64,000 nt of DNA. Source: the human T2T-CHM13v2.0 reference genome, Homo sapiens. Positions within the stretch are counted from its first letter, which is position 1. Every line of letters begins with the position of its first letter. The translations under genes and the position numbers were made by a program. The stretch lies in the NCBI RefSeq assembly GCF_009914755.1, contig NC_060937.1; one strand, written 5' to 3'. Positions 54,500 to 64,000 of the stretch are shown here, piece by piece. The notes below the pieces were generated by a model. It was not told where the DNA came from and did not search any database. It was given only the letters and a program-made list of their open reading frames with translations.

Positions 54500-55760
54500 G
54501 CAGTTAATTACATAAGGGTAAAGAACAGAGAGGAGTCAACTTATGATGACATGCAGGTTTCTGGCTTGTATAACTTAAGTGGATAGTAGTGTCATTCATT
54601 AAAATAAGATACCTAGGATTGAATGAGGTTTGCTTGGGAAGATGAATTTCATTTGATGAGTTTTAAGTAATTATAGGTCATTTCAATAGAGGTGTCAAGT
54701 AGCAGTTGGATATGTGTGTCTGGAACTTAGGAAAGAAATCTAGGCTAAGATTATGGACCATAAAAAATGCCACCCTTTTTTGACAGTTTATCTTGTGCCA
54801 GGCACTTTGGTGAGCACTTCTTAAATTTAATTTTCATCATAATCCATGAGGTAGTTTACCCTAGATCAGGAAATGAATGCTTAGAAAAGTTTAATAACTT
54901 GCCCTAGACCACACAAGCAAAATGGCAAGATCTGTGATTTGAACCCAGGTCTTTCTGGCTCCAAAGCTATTAATCCTTATGCTTTGCTGAGTAACTGAAG
55001 TTTGGAGAAGGGATAAGATCACTTAAGGGGAGAATATAGTATGAGAAGAGAAGGAGGCTAAAGATAGAATTCTAAGGAGCTCTAACATTTAAAGGATGGA
55101 CAGAAAAGAGAAGCCTGTGCCTACAAAAGAGATTGAAATAGAACAGCCAGGAAGATAAGAAGAAAATCAGGAGAAGTGGTATCATAGAGAGACCGACCAG
55201 GTGCAATGGCTCCCGCCTGTAATCCCAGCACTTTGGGAGGCTGAGGCAGGTGGATCACTTGAGGCCAGGAGTTCGAGACTAGCCTGACCAACATGACAAA
55301 ACCCTGTCTCTACTAAAAATACAAAAATTAGCTGGGCCTGGTGGTGAATGCCTGTAATTCTAGCTACTCGGGAGGCTGAGGCATGAGAATCGCTTGAGCC
55401 CGGGAGGCGGAGGTTGAGTGAGCCAAGATTGTGCCACTGCACTCCAGCCTCAGTGACAGAGCAAGACTCTGTCTCAAAAATAAAATAAAATAAAATTAAA
55501 TTAAATTAAAAACTGAAAAAAAGGAAAAGGAGAGAGAGAACATTACAAAGTCTGAGTGAGTGCTTGCTCACTCAGACTTTTCAGATAGGAGCTGAAAAGT
55601 TTTAGCAACAATGAAGTCACTGGTGACAGTGACAAGGACTGTTAAATGAAGGGGTGGGGATAGGATGAGATCTGAATGAGAGATAAAGTGGACACAGTCA
55701 AATAGATGGCTTTTATCAAAAGTTTTGCCTGTGAAGAGAAATAAAGATATAACAGAAGTA
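54500..55760 (-). mobile_element. L2 fragment interrupted by a MIR (~54780-54970) and an Alu
   Basis: gaggtgtcaagtagcagttggatatgtgtgtctggaactt L2 motif; atttgaacccaggtctttctggctccaaag MIR motif. Confidence 0.6.
55195..55515 (+). mobile_element. Alu (S/J-type)
   Basis: Full dimer with (taaaa)n tail. Confidence 0.94.
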
Positions 55761-55854
55761 AAGATACAGCTTGATGTATGTGAAGTAGAGGGAATATAAA
55801 CATATTTTTTAAATCAGAAAGGTAGGGTTTAAATATTGATGGAAAAGAGCCATT

Positions 55855-56100
55855 AGAAGTGTTCTCTATTGCTGGATAACAAATTAGTGGCTTTAAACAA
55901 ATATTTTATTTTGCTTATGATTTTTTGGGTCAGGAATTTGGGTTGAACTTGACTGGGTGGTTTGCCTCCGACTATGTGTCAGCAGGTGCCTGGAGCTATA
56001 GGGTCCACTTCCAAGATGCTTCTTCACTCACAGGTCTGGCATCTTACCGCTCCTTGGTGCACACTCAGCTCTCTTCCTCCCATCCTCCCTCCCTAGAGTG
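55855..56100 (-). mobile_element. MLT1 (MaLR) LTR 3' remnant with its AATAAA (plus-strand tttatt 55905-55910)
   Basis: tctattgctggataacaaatt...gtggctttaaacaa...tttatt...gggtcaggaatttggg is the typical reverse-complement MLT1 end. Confidence 0.72.
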
Positions 56101-56189
56101 GTTAGAATGTTAAGCTTTGGAGTTTTCACCTGCAGAGAGAAGATAGGAGATTCATAGTGAAAGTAGAGGTTTTAAGAAACAGGATATTT

Positions 56190-56512
56190 GGCAGGGTGCA
56201 GTGTCTCACACCTGTAATCCCAGCACTTTGGGAAGCCAAGGTGAGAGGATTGCTTGAGCCCGAGTTCAAGACCAGCCTTGGCAACATAGGGAGACCCTGT
56301 CTCTACAGATAATTTTTAAAATTAGCCAGGTGTGGTGGCACACACCTGTGGTTCTTGGGAGGCTGAACTGGGAGAATTGCCTGAGCCTGGGATGTTAAGG
56401 CTGCAGTGAGCTGTGATTGCACCACAGCACACCAGCCTGGGTGGTAGAATGAGATCCTGCCTCAAAAACAAACAAAACAAGCAAACAACCCCAAAACAAA
56501 CAAACAAAAAGT
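56190..56512 (+). mobile_element. Alu (J-type)
   Basis: TSD aacaggatattt both sides; (caaa)n tail. Confidence 0.94.
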
Positions 56513-57789
56513 AACAGGATATTTCATTAAATAATTCATTCATTAAATAATGAAGTTGAACGTAATGAATTTAATGAAGTTTAATAGGTGTAGTGGGAGT
56601 AACAATGAGAATGAAAGTGTAGGAGGTTGTAGTCAAAGAGTTGTTTCACCTTAGAATTTCTGGAGACAGAACATTTCTGGGTAGTTTACTGTATTTTAAG
56701 AAATGATCTTGGGAGTGCATGAGGATCCTGGCCAAGGAGCCAGAAAGTACAGTGAGCAAGAGTCCAGGACATGTAGCAAGGAGGAATGTGACTGAAATAA
56801 AGACTAATGTCTTCAGTGCTTGAGGGGAGTAACCAGGAGACAAGTGGGACTAAATGGGGCAGAGGGCTAGAGAGGTCCTGAAAGCAAAACTCCTGGCTCA
56901 CTTAAAAAAAAACTAATCTCTCTCTCAACACCTAATCTAATGTCTAACATATAGAATTTAGGTGCATAAAGCATTAGATTTGTAATGTCCTTTGATGAAT
57001 TTACCCCTTTAATCATTATAAAATGACCCTCTCTTTATCCCTCGTAATATTGTTTGCTCTGAAAACTACTTGTGCCTGATACTAGTGAAGCCATTCCAGC
57101 TTTCTTCCCATTAATATCAACATGGCATATTTTCCCCATTCTTTATTTAACTTATACGTGTCTTTATTCTTAAAGAAGTGATTTTCTTATAGGCAGCATA
57201 TTGTTGGGTGTTGCTTTCTTAAATCTTGCCTAACAGTATCTGCCTTTTAATTGGGATGTTTAGATTTAAATTTAATGTGACTATTGATATGGTTGGGTTT
57301 AAATTCTCCATCTTATTATTCATTTTCTATTTGTCTCATCTCCCTTTTCCTCCCTTTCCTCTTTTTCTGCCTTCTTTTGGATTGAATTTTTAAAATTCTG
57401 TTTTATCTTCTTTGTAGGCTTACTGTCTATACTTCTTTATTTTGTAATTGTTTTTTGATTTATAATATGAATCTTTAATCTTTAATAGTCTTTCTTTAAA
57501 TAGTATTACACTACTTCACATACAGTATAAGAATCTTAGAATAGTATATTTCCATTTTCCCTTTTCCAACCTTTGGGCTGTTGTTGTCATACATTTTGCT
57601 TCGACAGAAGTTATAAGCTCTACAATACACTCATAACTTTTGTTTTAAACCAATTATCTCTTAAAGAGAATTCAAAACAAGAGAAAAAAGATGTTTTTAT
57701 TTGATTACATATTTACCTTTCCAGTACTCTTCATTCCTTGTGTAGATCCAGATTCCTTTTGTTTTCCTTCTGACTGTAAAACTTTTTTT

Positions 57790-58236
<447 letters not shown>

Positions 58237-58355
58237 AACAAAAAACATTTCTTGTGTGCATGTCTACTAGTGATGAATTCTTCCAGCTTTTATGTCTGGA
58301 AAAAAACATTTTACCTTTATTTTTAAAAGGTCTTTTGCTGGGTATTGAATTCTAG

Positions 58356-58794
<439 letters not shown>

Positions 58795-60261
58795 TAAAGC
58801 TATGTCTTCAAGTTTATTAATTTTTTTCTTCTGAGGTATCTAATCTGCTATTAATCTCATTTATTGTATTTTTAGTCTTACTATAGTTTTCATTTCTAGA
58901 AATTTGATTTGGGTCCTTTTTATATCTTCCATATCTATTTTTATTATGTTTATGCTTTTCTTTACCTTCTTGAACATATGGGATATAGGTATTATAACTT
59001 TTTAAATGTCCCTGTTACTAAGTCTAGTACCTATGTCTTTTTAGGTCTGTTTCTCTTGACTGATAGTTCTCTCTCTCTCTTTTTTTTAAGAGTCGTATGT
59101 TTCTGCTTTTTTGACTGCTTGGTGATTTTTTTGTTAGGTGCCAGATATCATGAATTTTGCTTTAGTGGGTCCTGGATATTTTTGTATTCCTTTCACTATT
59201 TTGACCTGTGTTTTGGAACACAATTAAATTATCTGGAAATAATTTGACTTTTTTAAGGCTTCATTTATTTATTTATCTGGTTTTTGTTTTTGGACACAGA
59301 GCAGTCTTTAATCAATAGCCGATTTTCCTTCACTATCCAGGCATTGCTCTTCTGAGTACTCTACTGAATATCCCATATATGACAAGGTTTTTCCACTCTG
59401 GCTAGTGGAAAGCAGAACTCTTCCTGACCCTGTGTCAGCTCCTGGAAGGATTCTACTCCTTCCCATGGTTCTTCCCTGGTTTTGAGTAGTATCATCACAT
59501 CCATGCACTGATCAGTACTCAGCTGAAGACTCAAGCTTAACCCTCTGCAGACCTCTGGAGTTCTCTTTTTGTAGCTTTCTTCTCTCTAGTATTCTGTCCT
59601 GCTAATTTTAGTTTGCCTTGGCATCTCCCATTTCTTAACTCTGTTTCTTCAACTGGGGGACCACTGGGCTGCATTCCAGTTTCTCATCTCTGGACTGTGG
59701 ACCATAAACTGTCCCCAGGCAGTAAGCTGTGGCAATAATGAGGCTCACCATTTGTTTTCCTTCTCCCAGGGATTGCTGTTCTGTACTGCCTGTTGTTTAT
59801 TGTGTAAAAAGAATTCTTTTATTTATGTTGTTCAATTTTGTGGTTGTTTAAACGAATCTGGTCCCTGTTTCTTCATCAGAGCTGGCAGGGTTACTAAACG
59901 TAAGGCTTAGTGATTGATGAAGTATTTACAAATATGAAATATGTACACTTACAGAATATTTAGGGTATCATTTCCGCTTCCTTGTGTTAAATGCATCAGG
60001 TCTTCTGACTGATGCATTATACTGTTTCAGAGGGGTGCTTACTATATGGAGAACATAGAAGTACTAGTTATTAACTATTTTTTTGTATTAAATTTTGGTA
60101 CGTCACATAAACATTGAGTCTCCTTTAAATGTGTCAAATGTAGCTGACTTACTAATTGGATTCTGTCATACTCTTTTTCTGTGGTCACCAAATATTAGCA
60201 AATTTCTTCATTCAGTTACACAAGTACTTGGCCAACATACTTTTACATAAGAAAATACTTA

Positions 60262-63200
60262 GGATGGGCTGGCAAGATAGCCAAATAGGAACAGCTCTGG
60301 TCTGCAGCTGCCAGCGAGATCAACCCAGAAGGCAGGTGATTTCTCCATTTCCAACTGAGGTACCTGGCTCATCTCATTGGGACTGGTTAGACAGTGGATG
60401 CAGCCCACGGAGGGCAAGCTGAAGCAGGATGGGGCATCACCTCACCCGGGAAGCACAAGGGGTTGGGGAACTCCCTCCCCTAGCCAAGGGAAGCTGTGAC
60501 AGACTGTGTCATGAGGAACATTGCATTCCAGCCCAGATACTATGCTTTTCCCACAGTCTTCGCAACCCACAGACCAGGAGATTCCCTCGGGTGCCTACAC
60601 CACCAGGGCCCTGGGTTTCAAGCACAAAACTGGGCAGCTGTTTGGGCAGATACCGAGCTAGCTGTAGGAGTTTTCTTTCGTACTCCAGTGGTGCCTGGAA
60701 TGACAGCGAGTTAGAACCATTCACTCCCCCGGAAAGGGGGCTGAAGCCAGGGAGCCAAGTGGTCTACCTCAGCGGATCCCACCCCCATGGAGCCAAGCAA
60801 GCTAAGATCCACTGGCTTGAAATTCTCGCTGCCATCACAGCAGTCTGAGGTCGACCTGGGATGGTAGAGCTAGGTAGGGGGAGGGGCATCCCCCATTACT
60901 GAGGCTTGAGTTTTCCCCTCACAGTGTAAACAAAGCCACCAGGAAGTTCAGACTGGGCAGAGCCTACCACAGCTCCCTAAATCCGCTGTAGCCAGACTGC
61001 CTTTCTAGATTCCTCCTCTCTGGGCAGGGCATCTCTGAAAGAAAGGCAGCAGCCCCAGTCAGGGGCCTATAGATAAAACTCCCATCTACCTGGGACAGAG
61101 CACGTGGGGGAAGGCGCAGCTGTGGACACATCTTCAGCAGACTTAAACATTCCTGCCTGCTGGCTCTGAAGAGAGCAGCAGATCTCCCAGCACAGTGCTC
61201 AAGCTCTGCTAAGGGACAGACTGTCTCCTCAAGTGGGTCCCTGACCCCTGTGCCTCCTGACTGGGAAACACCTCCTGGCAGGAATCAACAGACACCTCAT
61301 ACAGGAGAGTTCCAGCTGCCATCTGGTGGGTACCCCTCTGGGACGAAGCTTCCAGAGGAAGGAACAGGCAGCAATCTTTGCTCTTCTGCAACCTCCACTG
61401 GTGATATCCAGGCAAACAGGGTCTGGAGTGGACCTCCAGCAAACTCCAGCACACCTGCAGCAGAGGGGCCTGACTGTTAGAAGGAGAACTAACAAACAGA
61501 AATGAATAGCATCAACATCAACAAAAAGGACGTCCACACAGAAACCCCATTTGAAGGTCACCAACATCAAAGACCAAAGGTAGATAAATCCATGAAGATG
61601 AGGAAAAACCAGCACAAAAAGGCTGAAAATTCCAAAAACCAGAGCGCCTTTTCTCTTCCAAAGAATGACAACTCCTCCCCAGCAAGGGGAGTTTGACGAA
61701 TTGACAGAAGTAGGCTTCAGAAGGTGGGTAATAACAAACTCCTCCGAGCTAAAGGACCATGTTCTAACCCAATGCAAGGAAGCTAAGAACTTTGAAAAAA
61801 GGTTAGAGGAATTGCTAACTAGAATAACCAGTTTAGAGAAGAACATAAATGACCTGACGGAACTGAAAAAACACAACACGAGGACTTTGTGAAGCATACA
61901 CAAGTACCAATAGCTGAATCGATCAAGCAGAAAAAAAGGATATCAGAGATTGAAGATCAGCTTAATGAAATAAAGCGTGATGACAAGATTAGAGAAAAAA
62001 GAATGAAAAGGAATGAACAAAGCCTCCAAGAAATAGGGGACTATGTGAAAAGACCAAACCTATGTTTGATTGGTGTACCTGAAAGTGACAGGGAGAGTGG
62101 AACCAAGTTAGAAAACACTCTACAGGATATTATCCAAGAGAACATCCCCAACCCAACAAAACAGGCCAACATTCAAATTCAGGAAATACAGGGAACACCA
62201 CAAAGATACTCCTCAAGAAGAGGAACCCCAGGACATATAATCGTCAGATTCACCAAGGTTGAAATGAAGGAAAAAATATTAAGAGCAGCCACTGCTCAAG
62301 GAAATAAGAGAGGGCACAAACAAATGGCAAAACATTCCATGCTCATGGATGGGAAAAATTATAGCGTGAAAATGGCCATACTGCCCACAGTAATTTATAG
62401 ATTCAATGCTATCCCCATCAAGCTACCTTTGGCTTTCTTCACAGAATTAGAAAAAACTACTTTAAATTTTATATAGAACCTAAAAAGAGCCCATATAGCC
62501 GAGACAATCTTAAGCAAAAAGAACAAAGCTGGAGGCATCACGCTACTTGACTTCAAACTATACTACAAGGCCACAATAATCAAAACAGCATGGTACTGGT
62601 ACCAAAAAAGATAAATAAACCAACGGAACAGAACAGAGACCTCAGAAATAATGCCACACATCTACAACCATCTGATCTTTGACAAACTTGACAAAAACAA
62701 CCAATGGGGAAAGGATTCCCTATTTAATAAATGATATTGGGAAAACTGACTAGCCATATGCAGAAAACTGAAACTGGACCCCTTCCTTACACCTTATACA
62801 AAAATTAACTCAAAATGGATTAAAGACTTAAACATAACACCTAAAACCATAAAAACCCTAGAAGAAAACCTAGGCAATACCATTCAGGACATAGGCATGG
62901 GCAAAGACTTCATGACCAAAACACCAAAAGCAATGGCAACAAAAGCCAAAATTGACGAATGGGATCTAATTAAACTAAAGAGCTTCTGCACAGCAAAAGA
63001 AACTATCTTCAGAGTGAACAGGCAACCTACAGAATGGGAGAAAATTTTTGCAATGTATCCATCTGACAAAGGGCTAAAGTCCAGAATCTACAAGGAACTT
63101 AAACAAATTTACAGGAAAACAAACAACCCTATCAAAAAGTGGGTGAAGGATATGAACAGACACTTCTCAAAAGAAGATATTTATGTGGCCAACAAACATA

Positions 63201-63964
63201 TGAAAAAAAGCTCATCACCACTGGTCATTAGAGAAATGCAAATCAAAACCACAGTGAGATACCATCTCATGCCAGTTAGAATGGTGATCATTAAAAAGTC
63301 AGGAAACAACAGATGCTGGAGAGGCTGTGGAGTAATAGGAATGGTTTTATACTGTTGGTGGCAGTGTAAATTAGTTCAACCATTGTGGAAGACAGTGTGG
63401 CGATTCCTCAAGGATCTAGAGCCAGAAATAATATTTGACCCAGTAATCCCATTACTGAGCATATACCCAAAGGATTATAAATCATTCTACTAAAAAGAAC
63501 ATGCACACATATGTTTATTGCAGCACTATTCACAATAGCAAAGACTTGAAACCAACCCAAATGCCCATCAGTGGTAGACTGGATAAAGAAAATGTGGCAC
63601 ATATACACCATGGAACACTATGCAGCCATAAAAAAGGATGAGTTCGTGTCCTTTGCAGGGACATGGATGAAGCTGGAAACCATCATTCTCAGCAAACTAA
63701 CCAGGAAGAGAAAACCAAACAACACATGTTTTCACTTATAAGTTAAAACTGAACAGTGAGAACACATGGACACATGGAGGGGAACATCACACACCGGGGC
63801 CTGTCAGGGGGTGCGGGTCTAAGGGAGGGATAGCATTAGGAAAAATACCTAATGTAGATGATGGGTTGATAGGTGCAGCAAACCACCATGGCACGCGTAT
63901 ACCTATGTAACAAACCTGCACATTCTGCACATGTATCCTAGAACTTAAAGTATAATAAAAAAAC
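60262..63964 (+). mobile_element. L1PA7/8-like element with both ends and TSD but a large internal ORF1-ORF2 deletion
   Basis: 5' caagatagccaaataggaacagctc; 3'UTR to aataaaaaaa; TSD agaaaata(c/t)tta at 60250-60261 and 63965-63976; only 3.7 kb long. Confidence 0.95.
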
Positions 63965-64000
63965 AGAAAATATTTAAAATATATCTTTCAAATTATCTTT

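Overview
Mammalian (human-type, primate Alu/L1PA-rich) genomic DNA: the central part of the RB1 retinoblastoma tumour-suppressor gene on the + strand, from distal intron 2 to about 16 kb into intron 17. Fifteen coding exons (3-17) were located by hand. All have canonical AG/GT boundaries and splice into one uninterrupted frame encoding pRB residues 89-565 (N-terminal domain, CDK sites, pocket A). Exon and codon numbering is from my recall of human RB1. The rest is intronic repeat: several L1s, about 15 Alu/FLAM copies, Tigger/Charlie/MER1 DNA transposons, LTR remnants and a (TG)19. Almost all ORF-track entries are repeat-derived noise. No prokaryote-type system, CRISPR array or structural RNA gene is supported. 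The best candidate for undescribed biology is an antisense L1PA in intron 2 whose ORF0 is open, has a strong Kozak ATG and ends in a CAG|GTGAGG donor in phase with RB1 exon 3, predicting a 925-aa ORF0-pRB fusion. The same L1 keeps an endonuclease-intact, RT-less ORF2. Intron 17 contains a candidate antisense terminal exon with an LTR-derived poly(A) signal. These are sequence-based hypotheses; expression cannot be judged from the sequence.
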